From Tolypothrix carrinoi HA7290-LM1 (lineage in GTDB: Bacteria > Cyanobacteriota > Cyanobacteriia > Cyanobacteriales > Nostocaceae): 64,000 bases of DNA. Every line of letters begins with the position of its first letter. Position 1 is the stretch's first letter. Shown here one piece after another: positions 10,071 through 20,329 of this stretch. Below the pieces are notes generated by a model. That model saw only the letters and a list, made by a program, of their open reading frames with translations, was not told the origin of the DNA and did no database searches. Position numbers and translations under genes: made by a program. Where the stretch lies: contig JAHHIK010000004.1 of the NCBI GenBank assembly GCA_019358935.1, positions 46,420-110,419 on the forward strand. Reading direction: 5' to 3'.

Positions 10071-10138
10071 CCACAAATAAACACAGTTCTGTACTTGAGC
10101 CGGATGAAACCGCTAGAAAATAAAATGAGGTAAAGTAC

Positions 10139-11464
10139 ATGGCAAAACTTAAAATCTCCAAAAAAATATCTACTGCTTTAATCAACTCTTTAAGTGCCGG
10201 AGTAGTACCAAGATTTGGACTGGAACATATAGCAGTAGGTCGAGAAAAAGAATTAAAAAGCCTATTACAAAATCTCGACGATATTGGAGAAGGTGTAGCC
10301 GCATTTCGCTTCATAATTGGTAACTACGGTTCCGGCAAAAGCTTCATCCTGCAAATGATTCGCAACCGTGCTATGGAGCAAAATTTTGTAGTAGCTGATG
10401 CTGATTTATCTTCCGAACGACGACTTGCAGGAACAAACAACGAAGGTTTGGCAACTTATCGAGAATTAATGAGTCGTCTGGCAACAAAAACTCGTCCTGA
10501 TGGTGGTGCTTTAGTCTCAATTTTAGAAGGTTGGATTAATAAAATTCAACAAGAAGTAGCTAAAGATAGCGGAATGCGTCCTAATGATGAAGGTTTTGAT
10601 GATAAAGTTGAAACGAAAATTAGAGAAGTAGTTCAGTATATTGAAGACTTAGTTCACGGCTTTGATTTTGGTAGCGTCATTGTTGCTTATTGGCGCGGTT
10701 ACAGGCTTGATGATGATGATTTGAAAAATGCTGCATTGCGGTGGTTGCGCGGCGAATTTAACACCAAAACTGAGGCAAAAGCTGCTTTGGGAGTGCGCGT
10801 AATTATTGATGATGATAGTTGGTATGACTATATCAAGTTAATCGCTAAATTTGTGGCGGAGATTGGCTATAAAGGACTTTTAGTTTTGCTTGATGAAGTT
10901 GTGCATATATACCAAATATCCACTACAGTTACTCGCGAAAAGAACTATAACAGACTTTTAGCAATGTTTAACGACACCATGCAATGCAAAGCAGAACATC
11001 TTGGTATTGTTGTCGGTGGAACTACAAAATTTTTAGAAGACCCAAATCGCGGACTTTTTGCTGACCCAGCTTGGCGAAGACGCACTAAAGAAAGCCGTTT
11101 TGTTCAAGCTGGTGTTCAAGAATATTTGGGACCGGTGATGCGGCTAAATCCGTTGACGGAAGATGAAATATTAACGCTTTTGCAAGGTTTGATAGAGATT
11201 CATGCTCTTAATTTTGGTTATGATAAGGCTTTAACAAATCGCGAATTGAAGGACTTTATAAACGAAATTGTCAATCGTTTGGGTGCAGAAGCATTGTTGA
11301 CTCCTGGCGAAATTGTCCGGGATTTTATTAGTGTGTTGAATATCCTGTACCAAAATCCAGAAATTTCTTTTAGTAAATTGATTCATGGTTCGGATTTTAA
11401 GTTAACTGCTGTGGGTAAAAATACTGATGTTGATGATGACAATGCAGCAGAATTTAGTTTGTGA
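10139..11464 (+). CDS. DUF2791 / BrxD-like P-loop ATPase (SngB-like)
   Basis: SLSAGVVPR.GL..IAVGR, Walker A GNYGSGKSF, ALRWLRGE, GYKGLLVLLDE. Confidence 0.85.
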   Translation: MAKLKISKKISTALINSLSAGVVPRFGLEHIAVGREKELKSLLQNLDDIGEGVAAFRFIIGNYGSGKSFILQMIRNRAMEQNFVVADADLSSERRLAGTNNEGLATYRELMSRLATKTRPDGGALVSILEGWINKIQQEVAKDSGMRPNDEGFDDKVETKIREVVQYIEDLVHGFDFGSVIVAYWRGYRLDDDDLKNAALRWLRGEFNTKTEAKAALGVRVIIDDDSWYDYIKLIAKFVAEIGYKGLLVLLDEVVHIYQISTTVTREKNYNRLLAMFNDTMQCKAEHLGIVVGGTTKFLEDPNRGLFADPAWRRRTKESRFVQAGVQEYLGPVMRLNPLTEDEILTLLQGLIEIHALNFGYDKALTNRELKDFINEIVNRLGAEALLTPGEIVRDFISVLNILYQNPEISFSKLIHGSDFKLTAVGKNTDVDDDNAAEFSL

Positions 11465-11594
11465 TCGACGAACCGCACTCTTAGGTAGAGGACGCATTGT
11501 AAGTAGATGGGCATAAACACGCATTTTGTAGTAAGGACTTCAGCCTTAAAAGCCTTGCCCTGAGTGTAAAAATCCGCGTTCCCCTATCCCGCGA

Positions 11595-13223
11595 TCAACG
11601 TTCTGGTGTCATTGACTGAGCAACTTGAAGCGCTTGATCTAGAATTTCAGAGGCTTTGTTTTTATTTGAGGATCCGAATAGAGAATTTAAGCTATTAGTA
11701 AGCACAGAAAGGATTTTTTCAATAAGTTTTTTGTTCTCTCGTTCTCTAAGCACATATTGTTCTGCGATCGCTATCAAGGCTTGAGCTTTGTAACCCTTGT
11801 CTGTAATGGATTTCGCAACCTCAAGCGCTTGGTCAAATTGCCCCTGTTTTGCAAACCCACGGGCGATAGAGGGGAATCTCCAGTCCTTATGTTGTTCAGC
11901 ATCAGGGTGGGGTTCGATGGACTTAGCGATTTGCAGCGCACGGTCAGGCTGCCCTGCCTCAAGGTAAGCGAATGCCACCTCCGACAGCATGTTCTTAAGA
12001 TTCCACTGTTGGACGAACTGAAACGCTTGATCGTTCTGTCCGATTTGTAGATAGTGCCTCACAATCCCTCGAAAGGTGAAGTCTGGGTTTCCAATCGATT
12101 TTGCCAGTTTAACCGCTTGGTCAGGGTATCCGGCTTTAGCATAAGCGATCGCAATTTGACCGAACGCGCGCGACCTCTCATTGACATTTTTGATGGAGCG
12201 GGCAATTTGCTGTGCCTGCTCAAAGTCTCCTATTTCTGCGTAACCTTCAGCTACCTTAGCTAATCCATCACCGTTAATTGCCTGTGCCGCTGTTCGAGCT
12301 TCGGCTAGCGTCTCGACTGCCTTGTTCTTCTGCTTCAATGCTGCATACTGAACCGCTGTTTCAACCAGTCGGATGGGTTTCTCAATGGGAAAGCGTTTGT
12401 CTGCAAACGTTCGTATCTTTGGCAAAGCTTGATCTAAAATCTCGACCGCTCGACGTTCTTGTCCGACTTCTGCAAATTGTTTAGCAATCCGTACCATCTG
12501 GTTAACTTTCCTTACGGTATTTTTGCCCGATTGTGCCTCATCAATGGCATATGCGTTCTCAAGCGCACGCTCTAGCACTTGCGGCACTTGTTCCTTTTGT
12601 CCAGCTTGACTAAGATGTTCGGCAATTACAATCAGGGTCATGGTTTTATAGAGGGTATTAGGATTGCTTTGTGCGATCGCGATCGCTTGGTTCAGAACTT
12701 TCGTTGCCTGCTCAGGCTCTCCGGCTTTTGCATAATGACCGGCAAGCTCTGCCAGCGTCGTAGGCGTGGACATAGGATTGTTTACTTTTGTGATGATCTC
12801 GATACCAAAGCTGTAGTACCCAGCCTCTGCGTATTTCTTAGCTCGGTTTAGCAGAGACTCATCTGGAGAAGTTGCGCTGCCGCTACAGCCAGTTGCCGTT
12901 TGAGTGTGGGCAATTTGGATGGCTTCTTTTAGAAGTTGCTTCCCCTTAGTTTCCTGTCCAGCTAGGATATAGCCTCCAGCCACTTTCACTAAGGGGTCGG
13001 CTTTGAAGCACTTATTGGGATTCGCTTCCGCCAAAGGCAGGACTTGGTTTAAAATCTTGACAGCCTGCTCAGATTTTCCTACCGCCGCATACTGAAATGC
13101 AATGTCAGCCAATATACCATGTTTTTGAGAGTAGGTTTCTACTGCTAGAAGTTGACCCCCTGGAAAGAATGTAGCAATTAGTGCAGTGACTAAAATATTG
13201 AACTGGATTATTTTTCGAGCCAT
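11595..13223 (-). CDS. Putative secreted/periplasmic TPR-like repeat protein
   Basis: N-terminal hydrophobic signal; repeated IA..YA.AG....A..IA..I helical repeats. Confidence 0.75.
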   Translation of the reverse strand: MARKIIQFNILVTALIATFFPGGQLLAVETYSQKHGILADIAFQYAAVGKSEQAVKILNQVLPLAEANPNKCFKADPLVKVAGGYILAGQETKGKQLLKEAIQIAHTQTATGCSGSATSPDESLLNRAKKYAEAGYYSFGIEIITKVNNPMSTPTTLAELAGHYAKAGEPEQATKVLNQAIAIAQSNPNTLYKTMTLIVIAEHLSQAGQKEQVPQVLERALENAYAIDEAQSGKNTVRKVNQMVRIAKQFAEVGQERRAVEILDQALPKIRTFADKRFPIEKPIRLVETAVQYAALKQKNKAVETLAEARTAAQAINGDGLAKVAEGYAEIGDFEQAQQIARSIKNVNERSRAFGQIAIAYAKAGYPDQAVKLAKSIGNPDFTFRGIVRHYLQIGQNDQAFQFVQQWNLKNMLSEVAFAYLEAGQPDRALQIAKSIEPHPDAEQHKDWRFPSIARGFAKQGQFDQALEVAKSITDKGYKAQALIAIAEQYVLRERENKKLIEKILSVLTNSLNSLFGSSNKNKASEILDQALQVAQSMTPER

Positions 13224-13420
13224 GTTTTTCCCACCTCAAGTTTTTGTTGCGCGACTACCCACGGGTGGTTAGCCTTGAACCTCTTATGTCAAGGACAGAA
13301 ATGTTTGGCAGATTGTACTTATTTGTTACAAAAATTCATTTAGCAGCTGGGGGTGTTGAAAAGCAAAAGAGCGATCGCCTCAGACTTAAGGATAGCGAAA
13401 ATCTAAAATCCAAAATTGCT

Positions 13421-15637
13421 ATGAGCGATCGCACGTTTTCCAGACTCGCACCTTTTATCCAAGAATATATTTATCATCACAACTGGACTGAATTACGACC
13501 AGTTCAAATTGCTGCTTGCAAAGTTATTTTTGACACTGATGCTCATTTGCTAGTTGCTGCCGGCACAGCTTCGGGGAAAACAGAAGCTGCGTTTCTACCG
13601 ATTTTAACTTTATTATATGAAAACCCGCCGGAAACTATCGGCGCATTATATATTGGTCCGATTAAGGCTTTAATTAATGACCAATTTGCACGCCTTAATG
13701 ATTTGCTAAAAGAAGCAGATATTCCAGTTTGTCACTGGCATGGGGATGTTTCGCAAAGTCGAAAAAAACAGCTTTTAAAAAATCCTAAGGGTATTTTGCA
13801 AATTACGCCGGAATCTTTAGAAAGCTTATTAATTAATAGAAGTAATGATTTGATGCGTTTGTTCGGTGATTTACGATTTGTGATAATCGATGAAGTTCAC
13901 GCTTTTATGGGTTCTGAACGCGGTTGTCAGATTCTTTGTCAGTTATCACGTTTGCAAAGTTTGACGCAAAAGCAACCACGACGAATTGGTTTATCGGCTA
14001 CTCTTGGTGATTATTCGATGGCTGAAGAATGGTTGGGTTCTGGAAGTGATAAGTTGGTGATTACTCCGGAGATTGAGGTAGGGAAAAGGCAAATTAAGTT
14101 GGCTTTGGAACATTTTTATGTTGGTGATGGGGATTTAAGAGAAACGAACCGCAGAGACGCAGGGGACGCGGAGGGAAGAGGGGAGAGAGATGGAGGTGGG
14201 TATGAGAAATATGTTTTTAATGTTAGTAAATGTCGTAAGTGTTTGATTTTTGCTAATAATAAAAGGCAAACTGAATCTATTATTGCTTCTTTGCGAGAAA
14301 TTGCTGTGAGTGAGGGATTAGTTGATATTTATCATGTGCATCATGGTAGTATATCTGCTAGTTTGCGGCAAGCGGCTGAAAATGCGATGCGTGAGATCGA
14401 TAAGCCGGCTGTGACTGCTGCAACTTTGACTTTGGAGGTGGGGGTTGATATTGGTCTTTTGGAGAGGGTTATTCAGTTAGAATCGCCACCTTCTGTAGCT
14501 AGTTTTTTACAGCGTTTGGGACGCAGTGGTAGAAGAGGTGCTGCTGCTGATATGCGGTTTGTTTGTACTGAGGAAAAAGTATTGGCGGAAGCTTCTTTAG
14601 AGGAACAAATTCCTTGGCAACTTTTGCAGTGTATTGCGATTATTCAACTTTATTTGGAGGAACGTTGGATTGAGCCGATTAAGCCTGTTAAATATCCTTT
14701 GAGTTTGTTATATCATCAGACAATGAGTATTTTAGCAGCTGCGGGTGAAGTTTCGCCTGCTGCGCTTGCTAAACAGGTTTTAAGTTTACCAAGTTTTGCT
14801 GCTATAGCACTCGAAGATTTTCGGCTATTGCTTCGCTATTTAATTGATATTAATCACGTTCAGCTAACTGAAGAAAATAAGTTAATTCTCGGTTTGGCTG
14901 GGGAAAAGGTGGTACGTAAATTTCAATTTTATGCTGTTTTTCCTGACAATGAGGAATATGTTGTTAAGCACGCAGCAACGGAAATTGGTAGTATTGTTAT
15001 GCCTCCCCCAATCGGTAATCAATTCGCTTTGGCTGGGAAAGCTTGGGAAGTTTTAGAAGTTGATTTCAGAAAAAAGATTATTTTGGTTAAGCAAGTTGAG
15101 GGTAAAGCTAGTATTTTCTGGCGCGGTGGTAGCGGAAATATCCACACAAGAATTTTGCAACGAATGCGGCAGGTTTTGCAAGAAGATATTGAATACAGCT
15201 ATTTGCAAGAAAATGCGCTGAAGCGTTTGCAGAAAGTTCGGGAATTGGCGCGAAATTCTGGCTTAGATAAACAAAATATTCTGCTTTTAGAAAATAATAA
15301 ATGTTGCATTTTTCCTTGGATGGGTACGGTTGCTTACCGCACTTTAGAAAGATTGTTAAATTATTGGTGTCGGGAATCTTTAGAAATTAAAAGTATTGGT
15401 GGTGTTAATCCTTATTTTTTGACGATTAAATTAGGTAAAGATAAATTTAGATATCTTTACGATCAAATTGTATCGTTGTGTGAACAAAGAATTACCGCCG
15501 AGGATTTATTAGCTGATGCGGAAGCACCTAAAATTCAAAAATACGATCGCTTTATTCCTCACTCAATTTTAAGGAAAGCTTTTGCAAGCGATTATCTTGA
15601 TATCGAGGAACTTAAGCAGCAAGTAGCGCTTTGGTAA
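13421..15637 (+). CDS. Lhr-like DEAD/DEAH-box helicase (SngC/BrxHI-like); ATG 13421 preferred over upstream TTG 13244
   Basis: Q-motif LRPVQ, AGTASGKTEAAFLP, PIKALINDQ, TPESLE, DEVH, GLSAT, HHGS, TLEVGVDIG, QRLGRSGRR. Confidence 0.88.
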   Translation: MSDRTFSRLAPFIQEYIYHHNWTELRPVQIAACKVIFDTDAHLLVAAGTASGKTEAAFLPILTLLYENPPETIGALYIGPIKALINDQFARLNDLLKEADIPVCHWHGDVSQSRKKQLLKNPKGILQITPESLESLLINRSNDLMRLFGDLRFVIIDEVHAFMGSERGCQILCQLSRLQSLTQKQPRRIGLSATLGDYSMAEEWLGSGSDKLVITPEIEVGKRQIKLALEHFYVGDGDLRETNRRDAGDAEGRGERDGGGYEKYVFNVSKCRKCLIFANNKRQTESIIASLREIAVSEGLVDIYHVHHGSISASLRQAAENAMREIDKPAVTAATLTLEVGVDIGLLERVIQLESPPSVASFLQRLGRSGRRGAAADMRFVCTEEKVLAEASLEEQIPWQLLQCIAIIQLYLEERWIEPIKPVKYPLSLLYHQTMSILAAAGEVSPAALAKQVLSLPSFAAIALEDFRLLLRYLIDINHVQLTEENKLILGLAGEKVVRKFQFYAVFPDNEEYVVKHAATEIGSIVMPPPIGNQFALAGKAWEVLEVDFRKKIILVKQVEGKASIFWRGGSGNIHTRILQRMRQVLQEDIEYSYLQENALKRLQKVRELARNSGLDKQNILLLENNKCCIFPWMGTVAYRTLERLLNYWCRESLEIKSIGGVNPYFLTIKLGKDKFRYLYDQIVSLCEQRITAEDLLADAEAPKIQKYDRFIPHSILRKAFASDYLDIEELKQQVALW

Positions 15638-15699
15638 TTTCCTCAATAAACCATTATACGCTAGAATAGGCTAACAGTAATCCTACTTAAAATTTGGGG

Positions 15700-15822
15700 A
15701 TGGCTATGACATCTCTGTTAGAGCGACTAAGTGCAGAACGACAACGCCGATTTGTAGGACGTCATTTTGAACTTCAATTATTTCTGCAAGCGATCGCCTC
15801 ACCACTTTCCATTCCGCAGTAA
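15700..15822 (+). pseudogene. Truncated N-terminus of an AAA_16/STAND-type ATPase
   Basis: MAMTSLLERLSAERQRRFVGRHFELQLFLQAIASPLSIPQ*: FVGRxxEL motif, but stop before any Walker A. Confidence 0.5.
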
Positions 15823-15870
15823 GGTTTAATAGTTAATTGTGGAAGTGTTGAGATTTATTAAGAGCGCATT

Positions 15871-16368
15871 ATGAAATTTTCGCGACTGCTAGTTAGCTTT
15901 GTCTTAGCTATGGTTTTGTTTGTGTTTCCCTTGTCTGCACAAGCAGCAAGTTCTTCTAGTATCACCCGTTCCGTTGGTGATGCAGAATTCAAGGGCAAGG
16001 ATTTTTCTGGTCAAAATTTAGTAGGGGTTGAGTATACCAATGTCAATCTAGAAAAAGCAAATTTTAGTAACGCTGATTTACGCGGTGGGGTTTTTAATGG
16101 TTCGGTATTGCAAGGGGCAAATTTGCATGGTGCAGATTTTAGTGAAGGAATAGCTTATCTAGTAGACTTTAAAGGGGCTGATTTAAGTGATGCGATTTTG
16201 ACAGATGCAATGATGTTGCGTTCTAGTTTTAGTGACGTTGACATCACCGGTGCTGACTTCACCAATGCTATTCTTGATGGTATTCAAGTGAAAAAACTCT
16301 GCGCTCAAGCAAGTGGTGTAAATTCTCAGACTGGTGTAAAAACTCGCGAGTCTCTAGGATGTAGGTAA
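15871..16368 (+). CDS. Pentapeptide repeat protein with signal peptide
   Basis: A(D/N)(L/F)xx repeats; AQA cleavage motif; C-terminal Cys pair (LC...TRESLGC). Confidence 0.9.
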   Translation: MKFSRLLVSFVLAMVLFVFPLSAQAASSSSITRSVGDAEFKGKDFSGQNLVGVEYTNVNLEKANFSNADLRGGVFNGSVLQGANLHGADFSEGIAYLVDFKGADLSDAILTDAMMLRSSFSDVDITGADFTNAILDGIQVKKLCAQASGVNSQTGVKTRESLGCR

Positions 16369-16464
16369 AATCTTACTCCCTGTACTCAACTCAATTCCCT
16401 CTCTTTGCAACCGAAGAGGGGGAATTTTTGCACTTGGAAATTGCATTTTTTGTTCAAAAGTATT

Positions 16465-16537
16465 GTAGGGGCAATTCATGAATTGCCCCTACGTCAATTC
16501 AATGGTGACGACGAAGGAAGTGCGTAAGTCCTAATTA
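16465..16537. repeat. REP-like palindrome GTAGGGGCAATTCATGAATTGCCCCTAC plus TGCGTAAGTCCTA terminus
   Basis: Perfect 28-bp palindrome; module recurs inverted at 32092-32164. Confidence 0.85.
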
Positions 16538-16587
16538 ACAAAAAGCGATATCAGTAAAAGCGACAGCGAGCATCATTGATGCATATT

Positions 16588-16616
16588 GTACAGACGTTCC
16601 ATCGGAACGTCTCTAC
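16588..16616. repeat. GTAGAGACGTTCC...GGAACGTCTCTAC REP-like palindrome
   Basis: Related copies at 27243-27271 and 44549-44577. Confidence 0.8.
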
Positions 16617-16647
16617 AAATATGTGTGATTTTTGTAGAATTTCCTAA

Positions 16648-16676
16648 CCCTCTCTGTTAATAAAAAACAGAGAGGG
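16648..16676 (-). terminator. Hairpin/terminator downstream of tRNA-Ala
   Basis: ccctctctgtt...aacagagaggg inverted repeat. Confidence 0.5.
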
Positions 16677-16694
16677 CATAGGGTGTGAGGTTCA

Positions 16695-16767
16695 TGGAGG
16701 TAAGCGGGTTCGAACCGCTGACCTCTGCAATGCCATTGCAGCGCTCTACCAACTGAGCTATACCCCC
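16695..16767 (-). tRNA. tRNA-Ala (GGC)
   Basis: GGGGGTATAGCTCAGTTGGTAGAGCGCTGCAATGGCATTGCAGAGGTCAGCGGTTCGAACCCGCTTACCTCCA; anticodon GGC, G3:U70 alanine identity pair; CCA tail not encoded. Confidence 0.97.
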
Positions 16768-16891
16768 TTGTCATGCGTTTTCGATTCTATCTTAATAATT
16801 GGCGCTTTGTCAAGATTATTATGAAAAACTTTCTGACGCCAATTACTTTGACTATCTCGACTGCAACAAGTAACGGCTATGAAACACTATC

Positions 16892-17083
16892 TTAAGATAC
16901 TTGCAACAGATAGCTCATACAGTGTCCCATAAGGAAATAAACTACTAACATAGCCCCAGCAGCTAAGGCAACCAATGTACCCGCCAACATTAAAGAAAAC
17001 TCTTTATGCTGAAAAGCTTTTTCCATTAGGTGCAGTGACCATGCCACTAGCGCCACATCAAATACTAAAATAGGAATCAACAT
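16892..17083 (-). CDS. Small hypothetical membrane protein
   Basis: 63 aa, two hydrophobic segments, ATG start, non-repetitive. Confidence 0.6.
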   Translation of the reverse strand: MLIPILVFDVALVAWSLHLMEKAFQHKEFSLMLAGTLVALAAGAMLVVYFLMGHCMSYLLQVS

Positions 17084-17185
17084 TTTTTTTAAAATTTATT
17101 AATACTTGTTTATTAATCTTAACACTGTTTCCAGGTACTGTGTCTAACCTTAGATAGATGTGGTTATGTGAAAAACCAATGGTCA

Positions 17186-17956
17186 CTATACTATTCTTAC
17201 TGGTAGAGAGCGATCGCGCAAATAATTTTTAATTTCCGCTACACTTAATTGCCCGTAATGTAAAAGTGATGCCAGTAGTGCTGCTTCTGCTTTACCTTTG
17301 GTGAGAGCATCGTAAATATGTTCGCATGTTCCCGCGCCACCAGATGCTACAACTGGAATTTGGACGGTTTGGGCGATCGCGCTTGTTAAATCTAAATCAT
17401 ACCCGGCTTGAGTACCATCAGCATCCATACTTGTTACTAGCAGTTCACCTGCCCCTCGTTTTTCGACTTCTTGTGCCCAAAGTAGAGCGTCTAAACCCGT
17501 ATTTTCCCTTCCTCCGCGTACATACACATCCCAACCAGGATTATTAGGGTCTTTTCGGCTTCTGGCATCAATAGCAACCACAATGCACTGATTACCGAAG
17601 CGATCGCTTGCCCGATTAATTAAATCTGGGTCGCGTACCGCCGCAGAATTAATACTAACTTTGTCTGCCCCCGCTCGTAACAAAGCTTTAACATTTTCTA
17701 AGGTTTGAATTCCTCCACCCACAGTTAGAGGAATAAACACCTGTTCAGCCGTGCGGTAAACTACATCAAGAATAATGCCTCTGTCTTCATGAGTCGCCGT
17801 AATATCGAGAAAGACTAACTCATCAGCACCAGCTTCGTTGTAAACCTTTGCCAATTCTACGGGATCGCCTGCATCCTTAAGATTGACAAAGTTAACTCCT
17901 TTTACAACCCGTCCCGCCTTGACATCAAGGCACGGTAAGATTCTTTTAGATAACAT
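17186..17956 (-). CDS. hisF: Imidazole glycerol phosphate synthase cyclase subunit
   Basis: [38 protein letters not shown]. Confidence 0.97.
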   Translation of the reverse strand: MLSKRILPCLDVKAGRVVKGVNFVNLKDAGDPVELAKVYNEAGADELVFLDITATHEDRGIILDVVYRTAEQVFIPLTVGGGIQTLENVKALLRAGADKVSINSAAVRDPDLINRASDRFGNQCIVVAIDARSRKDPNNPGWDVYVRGGRENTGLDALLWAQEVEKRGAGELLVTSMDADGTQAGYDLDLTSAIAQTVQIPVVASGGAGTCEHIYDALTKGKAEAALLASLLHYGQLSVAEIKNYLRDRSLPVRIV

Positions 17957-18110
17957 AGCAAGTTTGCCAATTTTTCCTTAATTGTTCGGAAATTAAATTT
18001 TAAAGCTTATGAGTTGATTTCAGAACCCGTATTTTATCACCCGTATTTATACTCATATTACAGGTGGGTGGCGCTCAGAAGTCGTGCAGTAAAAGTTGAT
18101 AGCAGCAATT

Positions 18111-19202
18111 ATGGCGATTATTTCCTCTAAAAAACAGCCTCAAGAACCCAACAAACAACCAAAATCTCACGAGACGCAAGTTACTGCAAAACCAGACATT
18201 TTGCAACCAGAAGCTGCTGTTGATGAAGGTAAGCAAGAAGAAAGCATTCGTCCACACCGATTTGCTGATTACATTGGGCAAAAAGACTTAAAAGATGTGC
18301 TGGAGATTGCCATTAAAGCAGCGCAATCTAGAAGTGAAGTGTTAGATCACTTACTTCTATACGGTCCGCCAGGATTGGGTAAAACCACAATGGCAATGAT
18401 TTTAGCATCAGAGATGGGGGTAAATTATAAAATAACCAGTGCGCCCGCGCTAGAACGTCCCAGAGATATTGTTGGGCTATTAGTGAATCTAAAACCCGGC
18501 GATGTTCTCTTTATTGATGAAATTCATCGCCTTTCGCGGATGACTGAGGAAATTCTCTATCCAGCGATGGAAGATTATCGCTTAGATATTACCGTGGGTA
18601 AGGGTTCGAGTGCGCGAATTCGGAGTATACCACTTTCCAAATTTACATTGGTGGGAGCAACAACTCGTGTCGGTGCATTAACTTCACCATTGCGCGATCG
18701 CTTCGGCTTAGTTCAAAAACTGCGATTTTACGAAGTCGAAGAAATGACCCAGATTATACAACGCACCGCTCAATTACTCCAAACCCCGATGACTATAGAT
18801 GGTGCCACAGAAATAGCCCGTCGTTCGCGAGGAACACCGAGAATTGGAAATAGGCTACTTAGACGAGTGCGTGATTATGCGGAAGTTCAAAAATCTGGTG
18901 AGATAACCGAAACCGTAGCAGCCGAAGCATTGCAACTATTCCAAGTAGATCCCTGCGGTTTGGATTGGACAGACCGGAAAATGCTAAGTGTAATAATTGA
19001 ACAATTTAATGGCGGTCCTGTAGGATTAGAAACCATTGCCGCAGCAACGGGTGAAGATACGCAAACAATAGAAGAAGTTTACGAACCTTATTTGATGCAA
19101 ATTGGCTATTTAAGCCGTACTCCCCGTGGGAGAACAGCCACAAAAGCAGCATACAAGCATTTGGGCTTTACACCGCCGAATGAGCAGATGTCTTTGCTGT
19201 AG
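18111..19202 (+). CDS. ruvB: Holliday junction branch migration helicase RuvB
   Basis: [47 protein letters not shown]. Confidence 0.97.
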   Translation: MAIISSKKQPQEPNKQPKSHETQVTAKPDILQPEAAVDEGKQEESIRPHRFADYIGQKDLKDVLEIAIKAAQSRSEVLDHLLLYGPPGLGKTTMAMILASEMGVNYKITSAPALERPRDIVGLLVNLKPGDVLFIDEIHRLSRMTEEILYPAMEDYRLDITVGKGSSARIRSIPLSKFTLVGATTRVGALTSPLRDRFGLVQKLRFYEVEEMTQIIQRTAQLLQTPMTIDGATEIARRSRGTPRIGNRLLRRVRDYAEVQKSGEITETVAAEALQLFQVDPCGLDWTDRKMLSVIIEQFNGGPVGLETIAAATGEDTQTIEEVYEPYLMQIGYLSRTPRGRTATKAAYKHLGFTPPNEQMSLL

Positions 19203-19480
19203 GGACAAGGGAGACAAGGAGGACAAGGAGGACAAGGAGGACAAGGGGGAGTTTGTCTTTTCGTCTTCCTTGTCTCCACGCCAGTCGCTACAACGGAGGG
19301 AACCTCCCTTCTCCTTCACCAGACGCTCCGCGAACGGGTTCGCCACTACGAATAGACCCTACAGGCAACCGCGCCCGTGGACTCACCGCAACGCGCTGGC
19401 TCCCCATCTCCCTTGTCTCCCTTGTCTCCCCCCTCCCCCCCTCCTCCCCTCCTCCCCTCCTCCCCTCCCCCACTTCCCCG
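19203..19480. repeat. (GGACAAGGR)n / (CCTTGTCTC)n inverted nonamer element with nested small repeats
   Basis: Same nonamer arms as in menC and the radical SAM gene; interrupted cgccagtcgctacaacgg...gcaacgcgctggctc element. Confidence 0.8.
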
Positions 19481-19522
19481 TCGTCATGATAAATTGTGGA
19501 TTTTAACCGCAGATAAATACAG

Positions 19523-20329
19523 ATGATTAAATTAATTGCTATTTTGTTAAGTTTATTGCTTGTGTTTGGGCTGGGTGAACCAGTTATGGCACAATCGCAA
19601 CTGCCCCAATTTACGGAAGAACAGTTACAAAAAGGGGATGAGTTAGCGAAAAAGGCTTTTGCTGCTACTGATAAAGGTGATTTTGTTACTGCTGAAAAGT
19701 ACTGGACAGAAATTATCGAGCAATTTCCTCAGAATCCGGCAATATGGAGTAACCGGGGAAATTCCAGAGTAAGTCAAAATAAGTTGGTTGAAGCGATCAC
19801 CGATTATAACAAAGCTATAGAACTTGCACCAAATGCCACCGATCCTTATTTGAATCGCGGTACAGCGTTGGAAGGATTGGGAAGATGGGATGATGCTTTA
19901 GCTGACTACAATCATTTGTTAGAGCTTGACCCGAAAGATGCGATGGCGTATAATAATCGCGGAAATGCGAAAGCTGGTAAGGGAGAATGGGAAGAAGCGA
20001 TCGCTGATTATCAAAAATCAACTCAAATCGCTCCTAATTTTGCCTTTGCTCGTGCTAATTACGCTCTGGCTCTCTACGAAACCGGTCAAACAGACAAAGC
20101 AATTCGCGAGATGAAAAATATCATCCGCAAATATCCGAAATTTGCCGATATGCGTGCAGCGCTGACCGCAGCTTACTGGGTAAAGGGACAACAAGGTGAA
20201 GCCGAAAGTAACTGGGTAGCAGCTGAAGGACTTGATAGACGCTACAAAGATATTAATTGGGTGAAAAATATCCGCAGATGGCCCCCCAGTATGATATCAG
20301 CTTTGGATAAGTTTTTGAAATTACAGTAG
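19523..20329 (+). CDS. TPR protein with signal peptide
   Basis: Canonical TPR repeats (WSNRG, YLNRG, AYNNRG). Confidence 0.9.
   Translation: MIKLIAILLSLLLVFGLGEPVMAQSQLPQFTEEQLQKGDELAKKAFAATDKGDFVTAEKYWTEIIEQFPQNPAIWSNRGNSRVSQNKLVEAITDYNKAIELAPNATDPYLNRGTALEGLGRWDDALADYNHLLELDPKDAMAYNNRGNAKAGKGEWEEAIADYQKSTQIAPNFAFARANYALALYETGQTDKAIREMKNIIRKYPKFADMRAALTAAYWVKGQQGEAESNWVAAEGLDRRYKDINWVKNIRRWPPSMISALDKFLKLQ

Noticed and set aside
13244..13420. 59-aa N-terminal extension of the helicase
   Set aside because: TTG start, includes STRR-derived sequence and overlaps the divergent promoter region; ATG 13421 fits the Q-motif position
10139..15637. Type 2 BREX (Pgl) system
   Set aside because: brxD/brxHI-like genes present but no pglW/X/Y/Z; the TerB_C partner fits Shango better
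16695..16767. tRNA-anchored integrative element
   Set aside because: No integrase and no duplicated tRNA 3' end seen in the window
19110..19506. Several overlapping ORFs after ruvB
   Set aside because: Derived from nonamer and SDR repeats
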